A stretch of DNA of 64,000 bases from Terriglobia bacterium (GCA_020073445.1 JAIQFE010000010.1:88740-152739), one strand, 5' to 3'. Positions 35,625 through 44,573 are shown, counted from the first letter of the stretch. Numbers and translations are program-made. Notes: generated by a model from the letters alone, not told the origin.

Positions 35625-36619
35625 AAACTTTCCTTGGCCACGGCGACAGCATTTTCAGCCGCCAGACGCAGATTATCCGACGCCAGCCAAAACCATGACG
35701 CGCGCGGCTGATTGTGGTCGACGGCGATCGCACCCACGCTCAATCCACTTTGTCCGGCCATGCCGACGTTCGACGGAGGCTCATCCGTGCGCACATCGAG
35801 ACCCGCTTGGACCAAGGCTCTCGTGAGCGATTCGGCGCCGGGATTCTCTTCGAACTCCACCCAGGCCGAGATGCTGTGCCCGTGAAACACCGGCGCCTGT
35901 ATCACGCGCAGCGAAGGCATGGGAATGCCGGGCCAGGCGGTCAGCAGCGACGCCAGATGCTTCTCCACCCGCTGCTCGATGCTTTCCAGCGGCTCCAGGG
36001 CTTCTTCGCCGTAACGCGCCAGCATGTTGAACGCGAGCTGCGTATCGAACACGTCCATTTTCAGTTTCTGGAAAGACAGCACGCCGACGGTTTGCTGCTG
36101 CAATTCGTCCAGGCCTCGCTGGCCGCGCTCGCTGGCCGGTTCGAACACGTGCACCACGGACCGGCGAATCGTTGCCACTTTGGAAAGGCGTCCCAGGAGC
36201 ATCGCCAGAGCGATGGCCGCGGGGTGTGCGATGACTTGTATGGGCGAATCGGAATGCTGTGGCGCAGGGTCGGCGAAAGGCGCGCGCAGCCGGGCTTCAG
36301 GCTGTTCTTCGAGCCCGCCCGCCAGATCGATAAGCCGCGGACCGCCCTTGGGATTGACCTTGAGTGCCCTGCGGCTGGACGCGGGCGAGCCCGCTAAGAA
36401 CGCAACCGTGGTTCCCGCCAGACTTTCGGCCGTAAGCGGCGCCATGACGATCGGCTCATCGCCTTCCGCGGAGAGTTTGGCGGTGCCGTCTCCGGATGCG
36501 GAGATCAATTGCACGCGCGGCGCTGGTTTGGTTTCGCCCAGCACTTCACGGATTTCTTTCGCCAGCAGCGTGTCGCCACCCACCAGCGCGATCAGGGGAC
36601 GCTCGGTTAGGCTAGCCAA
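35621..36619 (-). CDS. Aspartate-semialdehyde dehydrogenase-fold protein lacking the catalytic Cys and the NAD(P) glycine loop (Asd-like pseudoenzyme, or divergent chemistry).
   Basis: 332 aa. C-terminal ..FWLASDNLRLAAENAVAVAKE.. matches Asd ..LWVVADNLRKGAALNAVQIAE.. The block ..QLAFNMLA.. and His-containing ..APVFHGHSISAWVEF.. match Asd ..QIAFN.. and ..VPVF.GHS.. Where Asd has NPNCST, this protein has IAHPAAIAL, with no Cys. The N-terminal dinucleotide motif is degenerate (ALVGGDTLLA versus VGATGAVG). Confidence 0.6.
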   Translation of the reverse strand: MASLTERPLIALVGGDTLLAKEIREVLGETKPAPRVQLISASGDGTAKLSAEGDEPIVMAPLTAESLAGTTVAFLAGSPASSRRALKVNPKGGPRLIDLAGGLEEQPEARLRAPFADPAPQHSDSPIQVIAHPAAIALAMLLGRLSKVATIRRSVVHVFEPASERGQRGLDELQQQTVGVLSFQKLKMDVFDTQLAFNMLARYGEEALEPLESIEQRVEKHLASLLTAWPGIPMPSLRVIQAPVFHGHSISAWVEFEENPGAESLTRALVQAGLDVRTDEPPSNVGMAGQSGLSVGAIAVDHNQPRASWFWLASDNLRLAAENAVAVAKESL

Positions 36620-37535
36620 CTTGATGCTCCGGCCGGTTGTCCGGTTGAGAGTGCGATGGACGCAGGCGGCGGCGTATGATGCCTCCGGCGCGGATCGCGA
36701 TGCCGCTGAGAACGTAGCAGAGCGACATCCCCAGCAACATGGGCTGCGACAAGTCCCAGATCAGGTAGATCAGGATACTCAAGACGACGAAGGTTATCGG
36801 AGATCGCGGACGCACCAGGCTGAGGTCCTTGAAGCTGGGATAGCGCCAGGTGCTGACCATCAGGAACGCAAGCAGTCCGAGTACCGCGAGCCAGACCGTC
36901 GAAAAGACCCAGGACTCCAGAGGGCCGCTATCGACGAAGGCGTAGACCACGCTGGCCACCATGGCGGCGGCGGCTGGAATCGGCATTCCCACGAAGTACT
37001 TGCGATCCGCGCGCCCGGGATTCTTCGGTACGGGATTGACTTGGACATTGAAACGCGCCAGGCGCAGCGCCCCGCACAGCAGAAACAGAAACGCACAAAA
37101 GTATCCGGCACGATGCAAGTGATCCACCGTGAGCGGGGCAGGCGGGGCACTGGCGAACTCGACGCCCCAAGCGTAAGCCAGCACGGCCGGCGCGATGCCG
37201 AAACTGATCACGTCGGCCAGCGAATCCATTTCGCGGCCGAAATCGCTGACGGTTTTGGTGAGGCGCGCGATGCGGCCATCCAGGCCGTCGAGAAAGACGG
37301 CGACACCGATGGCAATCGCAGCGGCGCGAAAATGTCCGCTCGCGGCAGCCTGCGAGTTCGCCTGTACATTCAGGAGCGCCCCGCGGAATGCTTCCATGAT
37401 GGAGTAGAAACCAAGGAATACGTTGCCCGCCGTGAACAAAGTCGGCAAGGCGTAGGCCGCGCGCCGGGGACTCCTGTCGGGCGAGCGTGGATCGATCAGC
37501 CGTTCTTGCAACCGCAATCGTTTCATTCCGCTCAT
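36612..37535 (-). CDS. pssA: CDP-diacylglycerol--serine O-phosphatidyltransferase (CDP-alcohol phosphatidyltransferase family).
   Basis: 307 aa. Motif ..FLDGLDGRIARL....DSLADVISFGIAPA.. (D-G-x2-A-R-x8-G-x3-D-x3-D). Multiple TM helices. Confidence 0.8.
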   Translation of the reverse strand: MSGMKRLRLQERLIDPRSPDRSPRRAAYALPTLFTAGNVFLGFYSIMEAFRGALLNVQANSQAAASGHFRAAAIAIGVAVFLDGLDGRIARLTKTVSDFGREMDSLADVISFGIAPAVLAYAWGVEFASAPPAPLTVDHLHRAGYFCAFLFLLCGALRLARFNVQVNPVPKNPGRADRKYFVGMPIPAAAAMVASVVYAFVDSGPLESWVFSTVWLAVLGLLAFLMVSTWRYPSFKDLSLVRPRSPITFVVLSILIYLIWDLSQPMLLGMSLCYVLSGIAIRAGGIIRRRLRPSHSQPDNRPEHQVG

Positions 37536-38167
37536 ACGGCCTCCGTTGCCGCAGCCTCACGAATACGGGCAAGGATGCTTGAACCCGCGCTTACGCGGTC
37601 GCCCGGGCTCACCACAATCTCCCATTCGGGGCCTAGAAATACATCGACGCGCGAACCGAACTTGATCAGCCCGATGCGCTCGCCTGGCTCCAGAATGTCG
37701 CCCGGCTTTTTGTAACAAATAATCCGGCGGGCGATCAAGCCGGCGATCTGCTTGAACATTACGGTCGTGTGAACGCCGCCGACGATCCCGTCCACGGTTA
37801 TGATGCTCTGCTCGTTGGCGTCGCTGGCCTCGGTTTTGTTGGCGGCCAGAAACTTGCCCTTTTTGTAAGTGACGCAGGTAACCTTGCCGGGAATCGGCGT
37901 CCGATTCACGTGGACATCGAAGACGTTGAGAAAAATGCTGATGCGGTTTGCGCCCGATGCGACGGGCCGGATCGCGACCACTTTGCCGTCCGCCGGGGAC
38001 ACGGCGACAGGGCCCGGAGGAACCTGGCGCTCGGGATCGCGGAAGAAATTCAGGCAGAAGACCGCGAGAACGTAGAAGGGCAGGGCATAAGGCCATCCCA
38101 ATAGGTACGTGGCGACGGCAGCACCTCCCAGCAACCCACCCGCATAGTAGTAGCCGTAGGACAGCAT
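37532..38167 (-). CDS. psd: Phosphatidylserine decarboxylase (short, archaetidylserine-decarboxylase-like form).
   Basis: 211 aa. N-terminal TM. ..GKVTCVTYKKGKFLAANKTEASDANEQS.. and ..IKFGSRVDVFL.. with the GS processing site region. Overlaps pssA by 4 nt. Confidence 0.75.
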   Translation of the reverse strand: MLSYGYYYAGGLLGGAAVATYLLGWPYALPFYVLAVFCLNFFRDPERQVPPGPVAVSPADGKVVAIRPVASGANRISIFLNVFDVHVNRTPIPGKVTCVTYKKGKFLAANKTEASDANEQSIITVDGIVGGVHTTVMFKQIAGLIARRIICYKKPGDILEPGERIGLIKFGSRVDVFLGPEWEIVVSPGDRVSAGSSILARIREAAATEAV

Positions 38168-38203
38168 CTACCACTATTGTCGCACCGAGGCTCGGGATTG
38201 AAG

Positions 38204-38291
38204 TGGGGCAGGATTGTATCCAGCAAGCGGGTTTGGAACCCGCTGCCAGCGCCGGTTGGAAATCGGCGCGCAGGTTGAAAAACCTGCCCCA
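38204..38291. other. Nested inverted-repeat structured element in the psd/VOC divergent intergenic region (possible structured RNA leader or protein-binding site).
   Basis: Outer 9-bp arms TGGGGCAGG (38204..38212) and CCTGCCCCA (38283..38291) enclose two internal hairpins. One is a perfect palindrome GCGGGTT-tgg-AACCCGC (38227..38243). The other is GCGCCG-gttggaaat-CGGCGC (38249..38269). Confidence 0.4.
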
Positions 38292-38413
38292 CACGATCCT
38301 TGATGCTTAAGTTGTCGGTCGGCTTCGCCTCTATGTGATCGATCATGAGGACCTGCATGGGGCGCTCCGGTAATTCCAAACGCGGTTTTGCGTGGCGAGG
38401 ATAGAATCGGAGG

Positions 38414-38761
38414 ATGAGCCATGCAAAGCCGGAAAACCAGATCGACTATATCGAGCTGCCCGCGTCCGATATCGAGAAAACCAAGACCTTCTATCGATCG
38501 GTTTTTGGCTGGGAGTTTACCGACTACGGTCCCGACTACACCAGCTTCCACGACGGTCGCATGGCCGGCGGCTTTACCAAATTGCAGGCTCCTGGCACGG
38601 GCGTGTTACTCGTGATCTATTCGACCGATTTGGACGCGGTTCAGAAAAAGATCCTGGCCGCTGGCGGACGGATCGTCAAGGACACGTTCTCGTTTCCCGG
38701 CGGGCGGAGATTTCACTTCTCCGATCCGAATGGCAACGAACTCGCCGTCTGGAGCGAATGA
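38414..38761 (+). CDS. VOC-family (glyoxalase / bleomycin-resistance fold) protein.
   Basis: 115 aa. ..IDYIELPASDIEKTKTFYRSVFGWEF.. and ..GNELAVWSE, a typical single-domain VOC. Confidence 0.75.
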   Translation: MSHAKPENQIDYIELPASDIEKTKTFYRSVFGWEFTDYGPDYTSFHDGRMAGGFTKLQAPGTGVLLVIYSTDLDAVQKKILAAGGRIVKDTFSFPGGRRFHFSDPNGNELAVWSE

Positions 38762-38762
38762 A

Positions 38763-39143
38763 ATGGTCGAAAGCGCTGAAAAAGACCCGCGCGTATACCT
38801 CGCGGCCGAGAGGACGCTGCTGGCCTGGATTCGAACCGGACTGGCCATGATGGGATTCGGATTCGTGGTGGCGCGGTTTGGACTCTTTCTGCGGGAAATG
38901 CAGGCTGTCCAGCAAGGCACGCCCCTGGCATCCGGCCGCGGATCGCTATGGTTCGGGATCGCGCTGGTCCTGATGGGAGTACTGGTGAATCTTTCCGCGG
39001 TGTTTCACCACAAGCGCCTGGTGCGCGAGTTGAGAGAAGGCAATTGGGATGCCGATCGTCCGGCACGTACCGGAATGATCGTAGCGGTTGTGCTCGCCAT
39101 CGCCGGTTTGGCGGTCGCCATTTATTTGCTGACCGTGCGCTAG
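38763..39143 (+). CDS. DUF202/YidH-family small membrane protein.
   Basis: Start at the ATG 1 nt after the VOC stop: MVESAEKDPRVYLAAERTLLAWIRTGLAMMGFGFVVARF... (the ERT-LAW-RT motif of DUF202). Two or three TM helices. Confidence 0.7.
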   Translation: MVESAEKDPRVYLAAERTLLAWIRTGLAMMGFGFVVARFGLFLREMQAVQQGTPLASGRGSLWFGIALVLMGVLVNLSAVFHHKRLVRELREGNWDADRPARTGMIVAVVLAIAGLAVAIYLLTVR

Positions 39144-39174
39144 TTTATTTCGGCGATGCTTACTTGCGGGCGTC

Positions 39175-41583
39175 TCATTTGCGCACTGCCAGCACGCTAA
39201 CGCCGGCCGGAACATCGACCCTACTGGGCGGCTGCTTGAGCGTCGCGGAAAACGATGCAGGCTCATTCGATGTCCTGACCCAAACCGTCTGCGTCGCGCC
39301 TTTGGCGAACTGAATCTCTACCGGAACATCGACAGAGAAGTTAACGTCGACGGAGGATTGTTCCACCGTGCCGGAGATCTTCCACGACGGAGCTTTGCCT
39401 TTGACCGAGTATTTTACGCGCAGCGTAGGGATGCCGGTGGAGTACACCCAGTTGTCGAAGAAAACCTCCATCGAGTCGGCGGACACGCCCGGGGGCAGCG
39501 ATTTCTTGACCAGATCCAGCAGATCCGCGGTGCCCATCGCACGAAATTGGTATTGGCGCCGCACCTCCGCCAGTACCTTGAGGAAGCGCTCATTGCCCAA
39601 CCGCTTCCGCAGCATATGCAAAACCCAGGCACCCTTCTCATACGTGATGACGCGGTACGCCTCGGATGTTTTCGATGCCTCCAGGCGATAGCCCCAGGTG
39701 ACGGGTCCAGCCGATTCCACGGTCTGGCTGTCTTCGCCGGTCTTGAGCAGGTCAGCCTGAAAGTCCGCCATGACTTCGTCCAGAGCCTTGGACCCTTTCT
39801 TCTTCTCCAGCCACAGCAGCGCGGAATAGTGGGCCAGCCCTTCGAACAGCCATTCGTCCTGATAGCTCTTGGGCATGACGATATTGCCCCACCACTGGTG
39901 CGCCACTTCGTGAGCCGCCATCAAATCGGAAAAGAAAGTCTGCAAGGTTGCGTTGCGCGCTGCCGCTGGCCGCTCCAGCGGATCGAGATACGAGAGCGTG
40001 GACAAATACACCAGGCCCGGAAATCCCTGCCCGAAAGTACCCGGGATCGGCGCTACCGTTAGTGTCTTTAGAGGAGGAGGGCCGAAGAGCCCCGAGAAAT
40101 ATTGGAAAGATGCCGACACATCCGCCGCGACGGCGTTCAGCCGCGCCAGTGGATCGGGCGGCGTCGGGGTTTGAACGATGGTCGTCAGTTCTCGCCGCGG
40201 CGGAGTCCGTGGACCCATTGGGATCACCTGGGTATAAGTAGTAGTCTTGGGCGGCGGTTGTAGTGCGGGGTCGAGATTGCGATTCCCGAACACGTCCACC
40301 GTGAGCCCGCCCGCGGACATGGAACTCTTCTCATAGTTACCGAGATTGAATCCCGCCACGCGGATAGGCACGGGAGTGCGGCGCTCGGTGTTCCGGTAGT
40401 CGCCATCGATGGTGTCCATCACGATGTCGCCCGGCGTGACCAGCGTGAGCCGGCGGGGGTAGCGGAATACCAAATCGTAATCCGCGAAAGCCGATCCGCT
40501 GCGGGGATACCAATTGGAGCGGCCGCCGACGGAATAGACTCCGTTGCCGGGGCTGGTGATGAGCGCTCCTTCGTGTTCGAACTCCACTTTGTGCACGCTG
40601 CCGGGCGCGAGGGCATCGGGCGTCGTGAGCAGGAAAACGTCGTTCTCGTCAGCGCGCAGCGCGCGGCTGCGGGTGGACTCGCTGATCAGCAGTTCCACGG
40701 GTGCTCCGTCCATTCGCGCCGCGGTGACCTGCTCCGCGCGCGAAACTTCGAACGCAAACGCCCGCAGCGGCTGGGATCCGATCTTCAGAGTGGCGCGGGT
40801 GACGGCCCGCAGACGCAGGTTTTCGTCGAGCGACGCTTCTATCCGGAATTGGGTCAGCGAAAACAACGGATCGGGAGGCGCGGCTGCACCGCTGCGAAAG
40901 CGGCGGGCGGCAAATCTTGTCCAGACATCGTAGACCACGCGTTGGCCGCGTTCCATCAATTGGCCGACCACCACTTGTTCGGATGCGGCGGGATCGTAAA
41001 TCACGTCGAAATTTCCGAGCGCCTTGCCGGCCAGCGCAGTCAACAGCAGCCCGTCCTTGCGGCCCGGAGTAAGGAGGTCGCCCGCGATGCGCGGCGCGAA
41101 GCTATCCAGGATATTGGAAACCACCGGCGCCCATTGTTCCGCCAGCAGCGGGGCCATCTCGGGAGCTTTGCGTCCCGAGCCCTTCTCGATGCTCTCAAGG
41201 AGTTGCCGCGCGGTATCGTCGGTGAACAGCAGCAGCGCCCTGGTGAAGTGTTCGTTGAGATTGGGGGAACCGGTGAAGCGCGCGAGCGACTGCCGTTCGC
41301 CACGCTGGGGCGGCAGCAGCAGGACCTCGCCATCGCCTCCCTCGACATCGGCGGTGAAGACCGCCGCGATCCGTTCCCCGGCTACGGGCTTGGAAAAAAT
41401 CAGGTAGCCTTCGTTGAAATAGAGCTTGATGTCTTCTTTATAGAGGCTCAAGTCGCGGACGCGATAGCACTGGTCGAGGTCCAGGCCTGCGTTCTTGACG
41501 GCGCGCGAGGTTTCCACCGCGGTAGGACCGGCGGCCCAGCCGGCCAGCGGCAGGATCAAAAGGAATACAGCTCTCCGAACCAC
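39175..41583 (-). CDS. Secreted M1-family zinc aminopeptidase.
   Basis: 802 aa. Signal peptide. Gluzincin motif HEVAHQWWGN (HExxH) with downstream ..WLFEGLAHY.. (the E and Y of M1 peptidases). Confidence 0.8.
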   Translation of the reverse strand: MVRRAVFLLILPLAGWAAGPTAVETSRAVKNAGLDLDQCYRVRDLSLYKEDIKLYFNEGYLIFSKPVAGERIAAVFTADVEGGDGEVLLLPPQRGERQSLARFTGSPNLNEHFTRALLLFTDDTARQLLESIEKGSGRKAPEMAPLLAEQWAPVVSNILDSFAPRIAGDLLTPGRKDGLLLTALAGKALGNFDVIYDPAASEQVVVGQLMERGQRVVYDVWTRFAARRFRSGAAAPPDPLFSLTQFRIEASLDENLRLRAVTRATLKIGSQPLRAFAFEVSRAEQVTAARMDGAPVELLISESTRSRALRADENDVFLLTTPDALAPGSVHKVEFEHEGALITSPGNGVYSVGGRSNWYPRSGSAFADYDLVFRYPRRLTLVTPGDIVMDTIDGDYRNTERRTPVPIRVAGFNLGNYEKSSMSAGGLTVDVFGNRNLDPALQPPPKTTTYTQVIPMGPRTPPRRELTTIVQTPTPPDPLARLNAVAADVSASFQYFSGLFGPPPLKTLTVAPIPGTFGQGFPGLVYLSTLSYLDPLERPAAARNATLQTFFSDLMAAHEVAHQWWGNIVMPKSYQDEWLFEGLAHYSALLWLEKKKGSKALDEVMADFQADLLKTGEDSQTVESAGPVTWGYRLEASKTSEAYRVITYEKGAWVLHMLRKRLGNERFLKVLAEVRRQYQFRAMGTADLLDLVKKSLPPGVSADSMEVFFDNWVYSTGIPTLRVKYSVKGKAPSWKISGTVEQSSVDVNFSVDVPVEIQFAKGATQTVWVRTSNEPASFSATLKQPPSRVDVPAGVSVLAVRK

Positions 41584-41621
41584 TTTGGAATCTAGTCTAC
41601 TCCAAATGGCAGGGCTGCTTG

Positions 41622-42131
41622 CTAGATGAACATTTCCTCGTCAACGGTGACTTGATCCGGGCTGGGACGAGTGCCGCGCATCAGGAATCCCAGTGCCGCG
41701 CGAACGCCCGCGGCCACGCCGTTGATTCCGCGGATGGGTGCCAGGATTCCCTTGTGCACCAACTCGACGGTATCCTGAGCGCGATTGAGGGCGTCCTCCA
41801 CCACGATTTCGGCGCGCTCCAGTTGGCGGCGAGTCCTCAAGGAAGCGTCCTGCAGAACCTCCTCCACGGTCTCCATTTGCTGCCTGGCGACATCCAGGAT
41901 CTGATTGGTCCGGGTGGTGATTTCCGTCATCTTGATGCGTGCTTCATCGATGGTGGCGCGCGAAGTCTCGACCAGCGCATCCACTTTGACGGTCAGCGGA
42001 ACGATCCGGTCGCGCAGCTCCCGCGAGGCCTTATAAGTTCCATACAGCATGGCCGCCTGAAAGATCAGAGCTGCCGCGGAAACTGCGACGAACACGGCAA
42101 TCAGTGCAAGAAATATTGTCTGGTTATCCAT
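41622..42131 (-). CDS. Hypothetical membrane-anchored coiled-coil protein.
   Basis: 169 aa. One N-terminal TM (IFLALIAVFVAVSAAALIF) followed by a helical R/E/Q-rich region. No family recognised. Confidence 0.45.
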   Translation of the reverse strand: MDNQTIFLALIAVFVAVSAAALIFQAAMLYGTYKASRELRDRIVPLTVKVDALVETSRATIDEARIKMTEITTRTNQILDVARQQMETVEEVLQDASLRTRRQLERAEIVVEDALNRAQDTVELVHKGILAPIRGINGVAAGVRAALGFLMRGTRPSPDQVTVDEEMFI

Positions 42132-42179
42132 ATGACTCGCGAGCGGGCCCTCCGTCCCGCATGGCGGCCGCTCTGGTCT

Positions 42180-42473
42180 CTAATCGGTCTGCGGCGTCTT
42201 CACCGCTTCGCGATACGCCTGTTTCCCGGCGTCGACCGCCGCTGACAGATTCTCCTTATGGCGGCGAATCTGGTCCTTGCCACGATCGATTGTTTCCGCG
42301 GCCGTGTCACGCAGGTCTTCGGCGCGGCGCTTTACATAATCCGTGCCCTCTTCGGCTTTGCTGCGCAGGAACTCGCGAGTTTCCTCGCCCGACTTCGGTG
42401 CGAACAGCACCCCGACAGCCACGCCCAATCCCAAGCCTAGGAAAAAGTACGACAGCTTGTTATCGTCCTCCAT
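42180..42473 (-). CDS. YtxH-like small membrane-associated protein.
   Basis: Start at the internal ATG (MEDDNKLSYFFLGLGLGVAVGVLFAPKSGEETREFL...). A glycine-zipper TM followed by an amphipathic helix, as in the YtxH/DUF883 class. Confidence 0.55.
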   Translation of the reverse strand: MEDDNKLSYFFLGLGLGVAVGVLFAPKSGEETREFLRSKAEEGTDYVKRRAEDLRDTAAETIDRGKDQIRRHKENLSAAVDAGKQAYREAVKTPQTD

Positions 42474-42610
42474 CTCCGTTACTCCTTTCAATAAGTTCGC
42501 CCATGTCACTCACAGAATAGCAGTGTGGGACCCACTCTGCTGATACAGCGGAGGCGTGCTTCATTTCGCGAATCGTGATCCTGGAATCGAGATGATAGAC
42601 TGGTGCAGCT

Positions 42611-43723
42611 ATGACGCGCCGCGTCGCGTGCCTTATCCTCCTGGTGGTGCCGGGACCGGCGTTCAGCCAGGGTCCCCCGGAGTCTTTGTCCGATACTTTC
42701 CAAGACGTTCGCCGGATCGTGGCGATCGGCGACGTTCATGGCGACTATCAGCGTTTCCTGGAGGTGCTGCGCACTGCGGGGCTCGTCGACGCCAGGAACG
42801 CGTGGACCGGCGGCGACACCCACCTGGTGCTAACCGGCGACTTTGTCGATCGCGGGGATCATTCGGCCCAGGTGCTGGATTTGCTGATGGAGCTGGAACC
42901 GCAGGCTAGCAAAGCGGGAGGCCGGCTGCACGCGCTAATCGGAAATCACGAGGCCATGGATCTGTATGGCGATCTGAGGTACGTGACCAAGGACGACTTC
43001 GAGGGGTTCCAGCGGCCCGATTCCAAGGATCTCCAAGACCGGCAGATGCGCGCGGCGTTGGACGATCTCAAGCGTCAAGGCACGCCGCCCGCGGACGAAA
43101 GCGCGTGGCGCAAGAAGTTCCAGGACGAACACCCGCTGGGATGGGTGGAGCATGGCCTGGCGTTTCAGCCCAATGGCAAATACGGAAAATGGATACGCCA
43201 ACTGAACGCCATCGTCAAGATCAACGATGCGGTTTTCCTGCATGGCGGCATCAGTTCGAAGTATGCCGCTTTGACTCGCGGCGAAATTAATACCAAGGTC
43301 CGGGCAGAGCTATCCGATTTCAGCAAGCTCGCCAAGGGAATCGTCACCGCCGACGATGGTCCGCTGTGGTACCGCGGCATGGCGCAGCTGCCAGAGGACG
43401 ATCGGGGAATGGCGAAACTGCTGCCCCAGGTCCTGGCGAAGCAACAAGTCCGGCACATCGTGATCGGTCACACTCCTCAGCTGGCCGTGACGCCGCGCTT
43501 CGACGGAAAGGTGATTGCGATCGACGTGGGATTATCGAAGCCGTTTGACGGGCCGCCGGCGTTTCTCCTGATTGAGGACGGCAAATACTTCGCAATGCAC
43601 CGCGGCCGCCGTCTCGACTTGCCGGTCGATGGGGGGAACCTGGTGGAATATCTCAGAGCGGCAGCCGCATTAGAGCCGGATAATTCGCGTCTGCGCCGGG
43701 CGGTCCAGAAGGGCCGGCCCTAG
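42611..43723 (+). CDS. Secreted PPP-family metallophosphoesterase (Shewanella-like Ser/Thr phosphatase type).
   Basis: 370 aa. Signal peptide. Motifs GDVHGD, GDFVDRG, GNHE and ..HGG.., the calcineurin-like phosphoesterase signature set. Confidence 0.8.
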   Translation: MTRRVACLILLVVPGPAFSQGPPESLSDTFQDVRRIVAIGDVHGDYQRFLEVLRTAGLVDARNAWTGGDTHLVLTGDFVDRGDHSAQVLDLLMELEPQASKAGGRLHALIGNHEAMDLYGDLRYVTKDDFEGFQRPDSKDLQDRQMRAALDDLKRQGTPPADESAWRKKFQDEHPLGWVEHGLAFQPNGKYGKWIRQLNAIVKINDAVFLHGGISSKYAALTRGEINTKVRAELSDFSKLAKGIVTADDGPLWYRGMAQLPEDDRGMAKLLPQVLAKQQVRHIVIGHTPQLAVTPRFDGKVIAIDVGLSKPFDGPPAFLLIEDGKYFAMHRGRRLDLPVDGGNLVEYLRAAAALEPDNSRLRRAVQKGRP

Positions 43724-44520
43724 TTCCTCTTAGGGCGGTCGAACAACGCGCTGTCGCCTTTGGCTTCGAACAACTTCACAATGAGATCGCGCCTGGCTAA
43801 CAGACCCTGAACTTCCGCTTTAGTCAGTTCCTTGCCCAGTTCCTTGCTTAAGGTAGCTTCGTCCAGGGTTTTCATTTTGGCGAGCAGGTTCCGGTCACAG
43901 CTCTTTAGAACGCTCGGATCTTTCAGAGCCTTGTGAACCCGAAAAGCCCGGCTGTGGTCGATCAACCAGAGATGCCAGCTCTTGTCGATCAGCATGTTGG
44001 TCTGGTTGCGGTCCATGTTGTAGATCAACTGATCGAAGACCTGCATGACATTGTTCTCACGGTTCCACGCTTCCTGGTCGGGAGGCTGGGTGTTCTTGGC
44101 CCTCCGCTCGGTCTCGTCCATCATGATGTTGTCGATCCACCATGTGAAGGACGCGCTCTTCCCGTCAAAGGACCGCTTCACCGAAGGAGGAATCATGTCG
44201 TCGAGCCCCAGCAGCCGCGCCAGCTTCCAGCCGGCGATGTTGAACTTGTACGTGTCTTTGAATCCTATTTCGTTCAGAAAACTCGTCTTGTAGTCGTCGA
44301 TGGTTTGCACACTGGCCTCGTGAGTGAGGGCGCCGTCGCTCAGGCTGACACGCAAGGTCCCCGTGACGCCCTTCTTCGCTTCCTTACTCTGCGTGACCTT
44401 TGCTTTCGTCAGGAAATCCTCTTGTTGTTGCGATGTGAGCGTGTCGGCCGCGTGCAGCAGGCTGAAGGGAATTGCCAGCAAAACCGCAGCGAGGGCGGAA
44501 CGGTGACAGAATGTTCGCAT
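43720..44520 (-). CDS. Secreted protein with a PI3K/PI4K-like atypical kinase catalytic core (inferred).
   Basis: 266 aa. Signal peptide MRTFCHRSALAAVLLAIPFSLLHAAD. Catalytic-loop-like NMDRNQTNML and activation-loop-like LWLIDHS, with the two Asp exactly 18 residues apart as in DRHxxN...IDFG of PI3/PI4-kinases. Convergent with the phosphatase gene and overlapping it by 4 nt. Confidence 0.4.
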   Translation of the reverse strand: MRTFCHRSALAAVLLAIPFSLLHAADTLTSQQQEDFLTKAKVTQSKEAKKGVTGTLRVSLSDGALTHEASVQTIDDYKTSFLNEIGFKDTYKFNIAGWKLARLLGLDDMIPPSVKRSFDGKSASFTWWIDNIMMDETERRAKNTQPPDQEAWNRENNVMQVFDQLIYNMDRNQTNMLIDKSWHLWLIDHSRAFRVHKALKDPSVLKSCDRNLLAKMKTLDEATLSKELGKELTKAEVQGLLARRDLIVKLFEAKGDSALFDRPKRN

Positions 44521-44573
44521 AATTCACAGCAGTCTATCACCATCCGTTGTAGTAAAATAGGCCCCTAAATTAC

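Noticed and set aside
36024-37715. 563-aa plus-strand ORF across asd-like, pssA and psd.
   Set aside because: Spans three supported minus-strand genes. Ser/Arg/Ala-rich antisense translation.
38204-38291. tRNA-like reading of the nested inverted repeat (9-bp closing stem ending in CCA; GCGGG-TTCCAAA-CCCGC arm on the minus strand).
   Set aside because: The T-arm-like hairpin is 14 nt away from the 3' acceptor strand. The loop TTCCAAA lacks the purine at position 57. No D-arm or anticodon-arm geometry fits, so it is not a tRNA.
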